Made by a program: the position numbers and the translations under genes
Source: Candidatus Spechtbacterales bacterium
GTDB lineage: Bacteria; Patescibacteriota; Minisyncoccia; Spechtbacterales; 2-12-FULL-38-22
Reading direction: 5' to 3'
NCBI GenBank assembly: GCA_040879145.1
Contig: JBBDKX010000021.1
Span: 29,256-93,255 of the forward strand
Length of the DNA: 64,000 nucleotides
Shown: positions 10,317 through 20,571 of the stretch, one piece after another
How the letters are laid out: each line of letters starts with the position of its first letter
How positions within the stretch are numbered: the stretch's first letter is position 1
The notes under the pieces: generated by a model
What the model was told of the DNA's origin: nothing
The model's input: the letters and a program-made list of their open reading frames with translations, nothing else
The model's database searches: none

Positions 10317-10336
10317 GATTTTGTTTAAATCTTATT

Positions 10337-10729
10337 TTGGCGGTGTTTTTTGATTGATGTTCGAACTTTTTTTGAGGAAAACCCCCAATAAGGAAGCCAG
10401 CCCCGCCACGGCTCGGAAACCTCGCCACACCACAGAAAAATACTCTTTGCTCTTTTCATTTTGCGCGCGCCGGATTTCTTTTTCTTCTAATGAAAAGAGT
10501 ATTTTTCTGCGGTGTTCTGCCCTCCAAGTATTCGGGCAGGTGGCGGGGCTGTCCTCAATTTGATTTCGTAAAGAAAAAGCGGAATTCCCCCCAAACCCCC
10601 CTTCCGCTTTTTCTTTTCTCAAACGGAACGGGAACGGAAGCAGTCGGGCAAAAATTCCTTCCCCCCAAACCCCTTCCTTTTTGCCCGCCTGCTTGGGCTT
10701 CGCCCACAAAACTTTTCGGCGGGACGGCG
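10337..10729 (+). repeat. 393-bp inverted repeat of 20572-20964 (2 mismatches seen)
   Basis: Direct comparison; mismatches at ~10669 and ~10706. Confidence 0.95.
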
Positions 10730-11467
10730 TTATTTTATCAAATTCCAATTATCGAGGAAATATCCCATTTCGTGATCTTTATTTCCGAGATACACTTTTT
10801 CGTCTCTAAATTTGATATTCACTCGATAGCGTTTTCCATGCCCGACTTCCAAAATGGCTTTTTCGTGGACTTTCTTTTCAACTTCATGAAATGGCAAAAT
10901 CAAAAAATTGTTTTTCTTCTCGCCGTGCAAAACAAAAATATAGTAAATATTTCCGTTGCTGTGGCGTTCAAAAGACACTTTGCGAATATCAAAAACATAA
11001 GTATCAAAACTATTCAAATTTGAGGTTTTAACCTGTATGCCAAACAATTGATTTTCTTTGACCGCCACAATATCCATTCCCACATCTACGCTCATTATAC
11101 TGGCGTTGAAACCACGAAAAAGCAACTCGCTACAAACTAAATACTCGCCAGCTTTTCCGGTAAATCCACCAGCAATAACAATTTTTTCTTCTTCCTCTTT
11201 TTCCGCTTCAATAATCTTTGGCGTTTCTTTGATTTCTTTTTTGTTTGGATTGAGCGCAAAAGTTCCGGGTGCGGTTTTGATAAAATCCGAGCCTTCAACT
11301 TTGGTTTTAATATCTACCGTGATTTGCGCGTTCATTGATGCTTCTGGTGTTGCGCCTTCTGTTTCCAAAATACCAGACTCCAAAGCCAACCGAGTGATTT
11401 CGGTATAATGCAAGGGCGTTTTTGCCTTTTTCAATATTTCAATTGCCGATTGTTTGAATGTGTTCAT
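10730..11467 (-). CDS. HARE-HTH (HB1/ASXL) domain fused to PD-(D/E)XK nuclease
   Basis: PLHYTEIT...GATPEASMNAQI...F...PGTFAL; GKAGEYLV..EL, DVGMDIVA...IQVKT. Confidence 0.8.
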   Translation of the reverse strand: MNTFKQSAIEILKKAKTPLHYTEITRLALESGILETEGATPEASMNAQITVDIKTKVEGSDFIKTAPGTFALNPNKKEIKETPKIIEAEKEEEEKIVIAGGFTGKAGEYLVCSELLFRGFNASIMSVDVGMDIVAVKENQLFGIQVKTSNLNSFDTYVFDIRKVSFERHSNGNIYYIFVLHGEKKNNFLILPFHEVEKKVHEKAILEVGHGKRYRVNIKFRDEKVYLGNKDHEMGYFLDNWNLIK

Positions 11468-11468
11468 A

Positions 11469-12755
11469 TTATTCTAAGGTTTTATCGTTATCAGAAAGCT
11501 CTGCAAATTTAGCTTCCATTGTGGGATTTCCGCGCGTTAGTCTTTTGATTGTTAAATCTTCAGCTTTATTATTGGCAAGGCGAAGATTATTTTCAGAAGA
11601 CAAGAGAGCGTCTTTAGTTTTTTGAAGATGATCAATGGTTCTGTCTATTTCTTCAATAGCGGTTTTAAATTTGCGACTAGCAAGATCATAATTTTTGGCA
11701 AAACCTTCTTTAAACTTATTTATATTATCCTCAAAGTTTGTTATATCAACATTTTGGCTTTTAACTAAAGCGAGTTCAGCTTTATATTTCAGTGAGTTCA
11801 TCGCCGCGTTGCGAAGCAAGGTAATAATTGGAATGAAAAATTGTGGACGAACAACATACATTTTGGGGTATTTATGAGCAACATCAACAATTCCGGTGTT
11901 GTATAGCTCATTTTCAGCTTCCAAAAGCGAAACAAGAACGGCATACTCGCATTTCTTTTCAGTACGATCTTTGTCTAGTTCTCGCAAAAAATCGTCGTTT
12001 CGTTTTTTTGTAGCAGTTTCATCTCCCTCATTCTTCATCTCAAACATGATTGAGATAATTTCATTGCCGGTTTCGTCGGTCTCTCGATAAACATAATCAC
12101 CCTTACTTCCTGTTTTTGAATCGTTATCTTTTTCAAAATAAGCGTGTTGAAAAGCAGTCGCGCGAAGTTTGTTAAATTCGGTTTCGCAATGCTGTTCAAG
12201 TGTTTCCCCAACCATTTTGGTTGAGAGCTTGAGCTTCATATCTTTGCGAAGGGCGATCTCATCATCTTTCATCTTTATAATATCGTCTTTGGTTTTAAGA
12301 TCGGCTAAATACTTTTCAAGCAATGATTTTTCCAGCAGTTGTTTTTCGGTTTCTTTGCTTTTTAGGTCATTAGCCAGATCATCACGCTCTTTTTCAATCT
12401 TTTTGACTGCTTCGGTAACACTGAGTTTTTTCTCTACCTCAGATTTATCAATCTTTGATTTCATTTCGGCGAGTTCAGCTTCCTTCTTCGCCAATTGTTC
12501 AGCAAGACTGCGATCCTTCTCGGCTCTTAACTCCACCAGTTCTTTATCTTTCTTCGCGAGTTCGTCTTGTAATGTATTTTTGAGATTGGATTCGGCTAAT
12601 TTAACAGCACTTTCTTTTTCCTTTTCCGCAATATTTAATCGCTCACGCAATTCTTCTTCAAATTTATGATCACGAACCTGTTTGAGGATATCAGCAAAAC
12701 CAGCCTCATCGACTTTGAAAACTTTTTTACAATTTGGACATATAATATCTTGCAT
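11469..12755 (-). CDS. DUF2130 domain coiled-coil protein
   Basis: IICPNCK N-terminus, [32 protein letters not shown]. Confidence 0.85.
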   Translation of the reverse strand: MQDIICPNCKKVFKVDEAGFADILKQVRDHKFEEELRERLNIAEKEKESAVKLAESNLKNTLQDELAKKDKELVELRAEKDRSLAEQLAKKEAELAEMKSKIDKSEVEKKLSVTEAVKKIEKERDDLANDLKSKETEKQLLEKSLLEKYLADLKTKDDIIKMKDDEIALRKDMKLKLSTKMVGETLEQHCETEFNKLRATAFQHAYFEKDNDSKTGSKGDYVYRETDETGNEIISIMFEMKNEGDETATKKRNDDFLRELDKDRTEKKCEYAVLVSLLEAENELYNTGIVDVAHKYPKMYVVRPQFFIPIITLLRNAAMNSLKYKAELALVKSQNVDITNFEDNINKFKEGFAKNYDLASRKFKTAIEEIDRTIDHLQKTKDALLSSENNLRLANNKAEDLTIKRLTRGNPTMEAKFAELSDNDKTLE

Positions 12756-12773
12756 ATTGATTATTTTATTTTG

Positions 12774-15700
12774 TTATAACTTACCACCTGAAATATCAAA
12801 GAATCGCTCAAAGAAACTTGTTAGCTTATACAAAACACTTTCTCGTTTCTGTGTTCTTTCACCAGTTGGAGAAAATCGAGACACGGGCGGTAATACTTTT
12901 GATATCGCAGTACCAGTTGTTGCAACGCTTCCGTCTCGAAAAGCATTTTTTATAAATTTATAGGTTGCCTCTTTATCAAGATTTTCATTTTCAATAATTT
13001 TTTCCAATTCCTCAATCTTCTTTTCTTCTACAAATTTTTGCCAATCTTCATCAACAATTGAATGCACATCAAGAGAGGTAATAAATTGATTAATGAGATC
13101 CTTTTTATTTCGGAGTTCAACGCTAGAATCAATCGCTTTATTAATATCAACCAAAAGTTCTTTATTCTTTGTATGATCTTCGTGATATCTTTTTATAAGC
13201 CCTAAAATATAATCAATATTAATCTCGACTTGCTTAATAAGCTCCATTTCAAAGACTAGATCGTCATTAACATTTTCTTGTTCTCCATCAACACCTTTGC
13301 GAAATTCATTATACAAATCAATATACATGCTGTGATAATCCTGCACATCACGCTCGGTCAGAATTTCATTACCTGCGAATTCATCAAAAGTTGTCAGGAT
13401 ATTTCGCACACGCAAAACCGCTCCATATAATTTGATAAAATCTTTTTGGTTCTGTTCTCCAACAATACTTTCACCGACTGGAAATTTCTCTAAAAGTTCG
13501 TCTATTAAACTTTTGTAACCCCGGACTTGTTTTTCGCCGTCTTTATAGCCATTGTAATAATCGGCATAGGCTTTCAGCAGGACAATGCCACATGCTTCTT
13601 TGTCTCCAAAAAGTGCAATAGATTCGTTAGTTGCTTTTTCTAGGTTGCGAAAACAAACAATATTTCCAAAGGTTTTTACACTGTTTAAAATGCGGTTTGT
13701 TCTGGAAAATGCTTGTAACAATCCATGTAAACGAAGATTTTTATCAACCCATAAAGTATTAAGAGTTGTTGCGTCAAATCCGGTCAAAAACATGTTTACC
13801 ACAATCAAAATATCTATTTCTCTTTTTTTAACTCTTTCGCTTACATCTTTATAATAATTTTGAAACTTATCTGACGAAGTATCATAGGAAGTTCCAAACA
13901 TCTTGTTATAATCAACGATAGCTTTTTCCAGAAAATCTCGAGAGCTGACATCAAGTCCGCTCGTATCTTCAGAATTTTCATCAATCATTCCGTCCGCGTC
14001 TTCATCATTGACCCCAAAACTAAAAATCGTAGCTATTTTAAGTCGTTTGTCGCTTGGCTCGTCGGTTAGTTGCTTTTTAAATTCAAGATAATACTTTTTT
14101 GCCACATCAATAGACGAAACGGCAAAAATAGAATTAAATCCCGCCAGTCTGCGATCCTGAATTTTATAAAAACTATTTCGTTTTGTCTTTTGGTCAAAAT
14201 GTTCTCGAATATATCGGACAATATTTTCCAGTCGCTCTGGGGCGCAAAGTATAGCCTCGCGATCAATATCTTTCACTTTTGCATCTTCAATATTTTCCGC
14301 TTCACGAACTGTAGAAACATAATCAACCTTAAACGGCAAAACATTTTTGTCAGCAATTGCATTGACGATTGTGTAAGTGTGCAATTTTTCTCCAAAAGCT
14401 TGTTCGGTAGTTTTGAAATCAATGCGACCGCCAGATGAAGAATTTACCGCAAAAATTGGCGTGCCGGTAAAGCCAAAAAGATGATAATTGTTAAATGCTT
14501 TGACGATACTCGCATGCATATCGCCAAATTGTGAACGATGGCACTCGTCAAAAATCAAAACAATATGTCCGTCAAAAATAGTGTGTCCAGAGTTTCGATT
14601 GATAAATCTGTCTAATTTTTGAATCGTTGTAATAATTATCCGAGAATTAGAATTTTCTAATTGTTTTTTCAAAATAGCGGTACTGGTATTGCTATTCGCC
14701 GCCCCTTTTTCAAATTTGTCATACTCTCGCATTGTTTGATAGTCCAAATCCTTACGATCAACTACAAATAAAACTTTATCTACATAAGGTAATTTGCTGA
14801 CGAGTTGAGCGGTTTTAAAACTGGTCAAAGTCTTTCCCGAACCTGTCGTATGCCAAATATAACCGCCTGCTTCTATTGTCCCTAGTTTTTTATAATTTGT
14901 ACTAACCTCAACTCTGCTCAATATTCGTTCGGTAGCAACTATTTGATATGGTCGCATCGCTAAAAGCTGTTTATCGGTAGTAAACACACAATATTTAGTC
15001 AAAATATTCAAAATCGTATGCTTGGCAAAAAATGTCTTGGCAAAATCCATCAGCTCGGTAATTGGTTTATTTGTCGCGTCTGCCCACCAGCTCGTAAATT
15101 CAAAACTATTGCTCGATCTTTTTCCTTTTTTGATTTTGCCTTCGCTTGCTTCTTTTATGTGCTGTGATCTGGTTGTATTGCTGTAATATTTGGTATGCGT
15201 TCCATTGGAAATAATAAAAAGTTGTACATATTCAAAAAGTCCGCTGGATGCCCAAAAACTTTCTCGTTGGTAACGATTGATTTGATTAAATGCTTCTTGG
15301 ATGGCGACACCACGGCGTTTTAGCTCGATATGAACAAGAGGAAGTCCGTTTACCAGAACTGTCACATCATAACGATTCACTCGCTGTCCGTCCTCGGTCG
15401 CATATTGATTGATCACCTGCAAGCTGTTGTTGTGAATATTTTTCTTGTCTATTAGATCAATATTCTTAAAAGTGCCGTCATCTCGGTCTAATATTTTTGT
15501 GCTATCTTCTTGAATAGTGGCGGTTTTTTCTTCAATGCTTTGATTTGGATTGGCAATAATACTGACAAAAAACTTTCCCCATTCGGTATCGGTAAAAGTA
15601 AAATTATTTAGTTTTTCCAACTGTTGACGCAGATTAAGAACAAGCTCATTTTCAGAAGTGATTTTCAAATATTCGTATGCTTGCGTTTCTAATTGTTTTA

Positions 15701-15827
15701 TAAAAACACTCTCAAGATCGGCTTCACTTTGGTAGTGAGCCACTCTTTTGGTATCTGGAACATACTCGGCAACAACCGTGCTTTGAGTGCTTTCGGCGAC
15801 TAAGTTGTATTTATTCTTATTTGGCAT
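12774..15827 (-). CDS. hsdR: Type I restriction endonuclease subunit R
   Basis: VNGLPLVHIELK, HTTGSGKT, DECHRSQFG, FTGTP, MFLTGFDA, QAFSRTNR. Confidence 0.97.
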   Translation of the reverse strand: MPNKNKYNLVAESTQSTVVAEYVPDTKRVAHYQSEADLESVFIKQLETQAYEYLKITSENELVLNLRQQLEKLNNFTFTDTEWGKFFVSIIANPNQSIEEKTATIQEDSTKILDRDDGTFKNIDLIDKKNIHNNSLQVINQYATEDGQRVNRYDVTVLVNGLPLVHIELKRRGVAIQEAFNQINRYQRESFWASSGLFEYVQLFIISNGTHTKYYSNTTRSQHIKEASEGKIKKGKRSSNSFEFTSWWADATNKPITELMDFAKTFFAKHTILNILTKYCVFTTDKQLLAMRPYQIVATERILSRVEVSTNYKKLGTIEAGGYIWHTTGSGKTLTSFKTAQLVSKLPYVDKVLFVVDRKDLDYQTMREYDKFEKGAANSNTSTAILKKQLENSNSRIIITTIQKLDRFINRNSGHTIFDGHIVLIFDECHRSQFGDMHASIVKAFNNYHLFGFTGTPIFAVNSSSGGRIDFKTTEQAFGEKLHTYTIVNAIADKNVLPFKVDYVSTVREAENIEDAKVKDIDREAILCAPERLENIVRYIREHFDQKTKRNSFYKIQDRRLAGFNSIFAVSSIDVAKKYYLEFKKQLTDEPSDKRLKIATIFSFGVNDEDADGMIDENSEDTSGLDVSSRDFLEKAIVDYNKMFGTSYDTSSDKFQNYYKDVSERVKKREIDILIVVNMFLTGFDATTLNTLWVDKNLRLHGLLQAFSRTNRILNSVKTFGNIVCFRNLEKATNESIALFGDKEACGIVLLKAYADYYNGYKDGEKQVRGYKSLIDELLEKFPVGESIVGEQNQKDFIKLYGAVLRVRNILTTFDEFAGNEILTERDVQDYHSMYIDLYNEFRKGVDGEQENVNDDLVFEMELIKQVEINIDYILGLIKRYHEDHTKNKELLVDINKAIDSSVELRNKKDLINQFITSLDVHSIVDEDWQKFVEEKKIEELEKIIENENLDKEATYKFIKNAFRDGSVATTGTAISKVLPPVSRFSPTGERTQKRESVLYKLTSFFERFFDISGGKL

Positions 15828-16998
15828 ATTCTTTTTCTTTGAAAGTTAGAAGTTTCCCTCGGTAGTATTCATATTGTGATCGACGAGCTTTGAGTTCAGC
15901 CGGTAAGCCAATTGAAATATCATTTACAAGGGCATCAAATTTGTCGAGGATTGAAACAATTCGTTTTTGTTCGGGTAAGAGTGGAATAGGAATTTTAAAC
16001 TCTTTTACCTTGGCATCTGAAATTGATGGATATGCAGAACCTTCTTGCTTCTGTTCAACATAATCATTAAAACGACTAGAAGCAATATTGAAATATATCC
16101 ATTTTGGCAGAACTTTTTTTTCATCTGCTCTTAAAACACAATATCCAGTACTTGCAATCTGCCCGTCATAAACATCATCAATTAGAGTATATCGTCGTAG
16201 GGTTGGACGAGTGGTTGCAAAAATCACATCATCTTTTTGTATAAGTTTTTGCGCTCTACTAGGTGCGTTATTTGAATTAATTTCAACAGTTTCATTTATA
16301 CTATGATCATCACGGCTAACAGATGTTAAATCAATATATTTATAAATTTTGTCTATTTCTTTCCATTTTATATTTTGAGTTGAGAATGTTACTTCCCCCA
16401 AAGTTTTATATTCTACATCTTTTATATTCAACAAATCATCTCGATAATGCTCATACTGCTTCTTCCTCGCCTCCAGCTCTGCCTCCAGCTCTGCCTCCAG
16501 CTCTGTAAAACTATCAAGAATTTTGACGATTTCTTGTTGGACTGGGAGGGGTGGGATGGGGATTTTGATTTTTTCCATTACATTACTCATTATCTTGGGA
16601 TTTCCCATTCCAGCACTAACATATTTTTTAGATAATGTCGCCAAGATATATGAAAGGAACTTCATGTTCACATTCCTATCTTTAGCTTTCAAAAGTCCGC
16701 AAACATTCGTAATACTAAATTTTCCGTTACGATAGAAAATTGAACCAGCATATGCTCCGTCAGTTGTCCAAGTTATATACTCACCGTCATAGTCATAAGT
16801 ATTGATGCGACCAAAAACACCGTTGTCCGCTGTTTGAGATGAATACACTGGATACTCGCCGGCATTTTCATTCAAATAATCTTTTGACATTACTCTCCCG
16901 CGATTGATTTGGCAGATTTCACCAATACTCTTTAACTCAATCCCATTCGGGCAAAGTTCAGCAATTAGTTTTTCGATTTTAGATTGATTAGTTATCAT
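15817..16998 (-). CDS. hsdS: Type I R-M specificity subunit S (type IC-like)
   Basis: Two TRDs, IPIPPLPVQQEIVKILD, central (ELEA)3, QYEYYRGKLL. Confidence 0.95.
   Translation of the reverse strand: MITNQSKIEKLIAELCPNGIELKSIGEICQINRGRVMSKDYLNENAGEYPVYSSQTADNGVFGRINTYDYDGEYITWTTDGAYAGSIFYRNGKFSITNVCGLLKAKDRNVNMKFLSYILATLSKKYVSAGMGNPKIMSNVMEKIKIPIPPLPVQQEIVKILDSFTELEAELEAELEARKKQYEHYRDDLLNIKDVEYKTLGEVTFSTQNIKWKEIDKIYKYIDLTSVSRDDHSINETVEINSNNAPSRAQKLIQKDDVIFATTRPTLRRYTLIDDVYDGQIASTGYCVLRADEKKVLPKWIYFNIASSRFNDYVEQKQEGSAYPSISDAKVKEFKIPIPLLPEQKRIVSILDKFDALVNDISIGLPAELKARRSQYEYYRGKLLTFKEKEYAK
16469..16504. repeat. 3 x 12-bp tandem repeat GCCTCCAGCTCT in hsdS
   Basis: Read directly; encodes ELEA x3. 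Confidence 0.95.
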
Positions 16999-18593
16999 AA
17001 TTTTTTAAGTGAATCGACATCGCTTTCTATATATCCTCTTAAGATATCAATTGACTCTTTCAGTTTTTCATCAAAATCACCCTTCTTGTTTGCCGGATAA
17101 TGGATACAATTTCTAATAAATGTTGGCAATGTTACTTTCGCATTTTTTACTTTAGGTTTACTTGTATCAGTACAGTCTTTTTCAGCTTTTTTTATTTGTT
17201 TGAGATATTGTTCATCAAAAGCATTTATACCTATACTTTCAATATGCTTTGATTCATCTTTTTCTTTAGAGTTCTTGTCATTAACAAACCAATCTCTTAA
17301 TTTATCGTAAAGTTCGTTGTGGTATTGTTCATCTAAAATGTCGAAAACTTCATATGACACTTCTGCATAGCTTGTTTGTTTTTTACCTAATTCATCAACC
17401 TCTCGTACATTTGTATATTCTTCATTATTTTGATTTTTTATCTTTTCAACTCGATAATATCTACCCAAATCTTTTTTATCAATCATGTAGTTCGAGTGTG
17501 TGGCGAATAAAACAATATTACTTTTGCTATTGTTTGTAATCTCTACAAGCTGAGCAAGTAAATGCTCTTGTGCTTTTGGATGTAAATGTGTTTCAGGCTC
17601 ATCAAGTAAAATAATTGTATTTTGCAGTTCCTCATTTTTATTTTCTGCAACGACAGTTAATAAAAAAGAAATGAATTGCTTAAAACCATCACTCCGCATG
17701 TCTGATGTCTGAGCTTTTCCTTCTGTATCAATATCTTTAACATGAAAATTAATATGCCCATCCATTATCTTAAATGTAATTTCTATAGGATGTTTGGGCC
17801 AAGCTGTATTAATATGCTCTGTTACATTTTTGCCAAGTCTCTTTTCAAGATATTCACAAGTTGGAGTATCAGCTAAAGCATCCTCTAGTTCCTGTTTTAT
17901 TTTATCTTGAGAAATTGAAGATAGTAAAAAACAGTTTCTCAGAGGTATTGAGGTGTTTGTGTCATTAATAAACTGTTCAATATTTATCGGTTTTGAAATT
18001 AGATAACGATCTTCTGCAGTCCAGAAAATTGTTTTATGTACATTTTCCTCTATAAAGTTATCAAATTCATCTTTGTTATTGATTTCAATTTCTTGATCTC
18101 CTTCAAAAACTGAAGTTGAATATTCAGGATCAGCACTAGCCTTAGAAAAACTAATAACATAATCTGCAATCAAAGAGCTCAAAATTTTATTCTTTGGTTT
18201 TTTAACTTCCTTAATTTTACTATCTTCAACATCTTGCGTCTGCCCACCTTCTATAGCAGAAACTTCTTTTTCTAAATTTGGGACTGGATTATCAACAGAA
18301 TCTTCTTTATTTAAAATCTCGTACAATTCCTTATCCTCTTTCGAAGTAATACTATATCGATAAGTAATTTTTATTTCTTCTTTTAATCTAAAGTCTTTTA
18401 ATAATGGAAGTTTTGTACCAGAGTCGTCAACTAATCCATCTTTTAAGCCAATCGCTTTTAATATAGATGATTTACCAGCTTCATTTATTCCTATTAATCC
18501 GTAAGTGAAACTATTGTCATCTCTTTTGATTATGTTAAAAGGAGTTTCTTTTATACTTCTATAATTTTCAATTGTAATTTTTGTGATTTTCAT
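16995..18593 (-). CDS. ABC/AAA-family ATPase with possible C-terminal HEPN-like domain
   Basis: Start MKITKITIENYRSI; GINEAGKSS, RSDGFKQ, LLDEPETHLHP, FATHS; C-terminal IRNCIHYP. Confidence 0.8.
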   Translation of the reverse strand: MKITKITIENYRSIKETPFNIIKRDDNSFTYGLIGINEAGKSSILKAIGLKDGLVDDSGTKLPLLKDFRLKEEIKITYRYSITSKEDKELYEILNKEDSVDNPVPNLEKEVSAIEGGQTQDVEDSKIKEVKKPKNKILSSLIADYVISFSKASADPEYSTSVFEGDQEIEINNKDEFDNFIEENVHKTIFWTAEDRYLISKPINIEQFINDTNTSIPLRNCFLLSSISQDKIKQELEDALADTPTCEYLEKRLGKNVTEHINTAWPKHPIEITFKIMDGHINFHVKDIDTEGKAQTSDMRSDGFKQFISFLLTVVAENKNEELQNTIILLDEPETHLHPKAQEHLLAQLVEITNNSKSNIVLFATHSNYMIDKKDLGRYYRVEKIKNQNNEEYTNVREVDELGKKQTSYAEVSYEVFDILDEQYHNELYDKLRDWFVNDKNSKEKDESKHIESIGINAFDEQYLKQIKKAEKDCTDTSKPKVKNAKVTLPTFIRNCIHYPANKKGDFDEKLKESIDILRGYIESDVDSLKKL

Positions 18594-18597
18594 AAAT

Positions 18598-20178
18598 TTA
18601 TCGTTTAGTATTTTCAATATCCGCCACAATCTCATCAATCGCAGTACGCAGTTCATTTTGTCTTGACACGATCTTGGCAATTTTTTCGTTGAGTTCCGTT
18701 ATATTCACCACCTCGCGTGTATCTTCCGCCATCACATAACTTGAAACCGCAATATTGTAATCATTCTCACCAATAGTTTTATTATCAACTAACTTTGCAA
18801 AATACTCTGCATCTTGTCGTAGCGTAAAAGCATCAAGAATTTTTTTGCGATTTCCTTCGCTCAATTTATTTTTATTTCCGCCCCGTACAAATTCAGCCGA
18901 GGCATCAATAAATAAAGTTTTGTTGTCTTTTTTGCTTTTTTTCAAAACAATAATGCAAGTAGCAATAGTCACCCCAAAAAATAGATCGGGGGGAAGCTGG
19001 ATAACCGTATCAATATAGTTATTATCAACCAAATACTTGCGGATTTTTTGTTCAGCTCCGCCACGATAGAGAACTCCCGGAAATTCAACAATCGCCGCCG
19101 TTCCGCTGGTTGAAAGCCACGCAAGCATGTGCATGGTAAAAGCGAGATCAGCTTTGCTCTTTGGCGCCAACACCCCAGCCGGCGAAAAACGCGGATCATT
19201 AATCATCAAAGGATTGGCATCGCCGTCCCACTTTATCGAATATGGCGGATTAGAAACAATGGCGTCAAACGGTTCATCATCCCAATGTTTTGGATCAGTG
19301 AGTGTGTCGCCGTGAGCAATATCAAAATGATTGTAATTAATATCATGCAAAAACATGTTGATACGGCAAAGATTGTAGGTAGTGAGATTTATTTCTTGAC
19401 CAAAAAATCCCTGCCTGACATTTTCCTTGCCAAGCACTTTTGCAAATTTCAAAAGAAGCGAACCAGATCCACAGGCTGGATCGTAGACTTTATTAACTTC
19501 TGTTTTGCCTGCTGTTGCGATTTCCGCCAAAAGCTCGCTCACTTCTTGAGGTGTATAATATTCTCCGCCAGATTTACCAGCATTAGATGCGAACATCGCC
19601 ATTAAATATTCGTAAGCATCACCAAAAGCGTCGATTGTATTATCTCCATAATTACCAAGACGAAGATCGCCGATGGCTTCTAAAAGTTTTACGAGTTTTT
19701 GATTTCTTTTCTCTACAGTTCCACCGAGCTTATTTGAATTCACATCTAAATCGTCAAATAATCCTTTCAAGTCATCTTCACTATCAAATCCTTTCGCAGA
19801 ATTTTCGATATTATCAAAAACATTTGAAAGTGTTTCGTTAAGTTTTGCATCGTTGCGAGCATTTTTACGAACATTTACAAAAAGAGCACTTGGTAAAATA
19901 TAAAAACCTTTTTCTTTTATAGTGTCGGCTCTTCCAAATTCAGCTTCTTTATCAGAAAGTGAAGCATAATCAAAATCTTTGTTGCCGGTGCGTCGCTCAT
20001 CGGCATTGATGTAATTTGTAAGATTTTCGCTGATGAAACGATAAAAAAGTATTCCAAGAACATATTGCTTGAAATCCCACCCATCAACGGCACCTCGCAA
20101 ATCATTGGCAATCTGCCAAATAGCACGATGAAGTTCGGCTCGTTCTTGTTCTTTGGTTGTATTTAGATTATTTGCCAT
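18598..20178 (-). CDS. hsdM: Type I R-M methyltransferase subunit M
   Basis: GEYYTP, YDPACGSGSLL, VSNPPYS. Confidence 0.97.
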   Translation of the reverse strand: MANNLNTTKEQERAELHRAIWQIANDLRGAVDGWDFKQYVLGILFYRFISENLTNYINADERRTGNKDFDYASLSDKEAEFGRADTIKEKGFYILPSALFVNVRKNARNDAKLNETLSNVFDNIENSAKGFDSEDDLKGLFDDLDVNSNKLGGTVEKRNQKLVKLLEAIGDLRLGNYGDNTIDAFGDAYEYLMAMFASNAGKSGGEYYTPQEVSELLAEIATAGKTEVNKVYDPACGSGSLLLKFAKVLGKENVRQGFFGQEINLTTYNLCRINMFLHDINYNHFDIAHGDTLTDPKHWDDEPFDAIVSNPPYSIKWDGDANPLMINDPRFSPAGVLAPKSKADLAFTMHMLAWLSTSGTAAIVEFPGVLYRGGAEQKIRKYLVDNNYIDTVIQLPPDLFFGVTIATCIIVLKKSKKDNKTLFIDASAEFVRGGNKNKLSEGNRKKILDAFTLRQDAEYFAKLVDNKTIGENDYNIAVSSYVMAEDTREVVNITELNEKIAKIVSRQNELRTAIDEIVADIENTKR

Positions 20179-20182
20179 AATT

Positions 20183-20392
20183 TTATTTCATTAAATCATC
20201 AAGCGAAACGCCGAGAGCGTCCGCAATTTTTTTGACTGTATCAATAGTAGGGTTGGGAGTAGAGCCAGCTTCAATTTTGGCAATCGTATGAAAAGCCAAA
20301 TCTGCTTTTTTTGAAAGCACATCTTGAGAAATACCGAGCTTGTTTCGGTATTTCTTTATATTCTCGCCAATTGTGGATTTTTCGTTTGACAT
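20183..20392 (-). CDS. XRE-family HTH regulator (controller-like)
   Basis: IKKYRNKLGISQ..L...TIAKIEAG...NPTIDTVKKIADALGV. Confidence 0.9.
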   Translation of the reverse strand: MSNEKSTIGENIKKYRNKLGISQDVLSKKADLAFHTIAKIEAGSTPNPTIDTVKKIADALGVSLDDLMK

Positions 20393-20571
20393 ATTCGTAT
20401 AGTTTTACTATTATAGTTGTATAGTATTAAAAACATCACTTATTTATAGTTAGTATATGAAATTTTTAGCATTTAGTCAAACAAAATTAGGGAGTTCTTT
20501 TGACATAACGCGCGCACGGGTGGGTGGGGCAAGCGTTATCCCTCTTTTATCCTCTCTTTTGTTTTCTGTCC

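Noticed and set aside
10332-11023. ORFs 10332-10748, 10354-10563 and 10490-11023
   Set aside because: Shadow ORFs of the structured inverted-repeat arm; no protein-like features.
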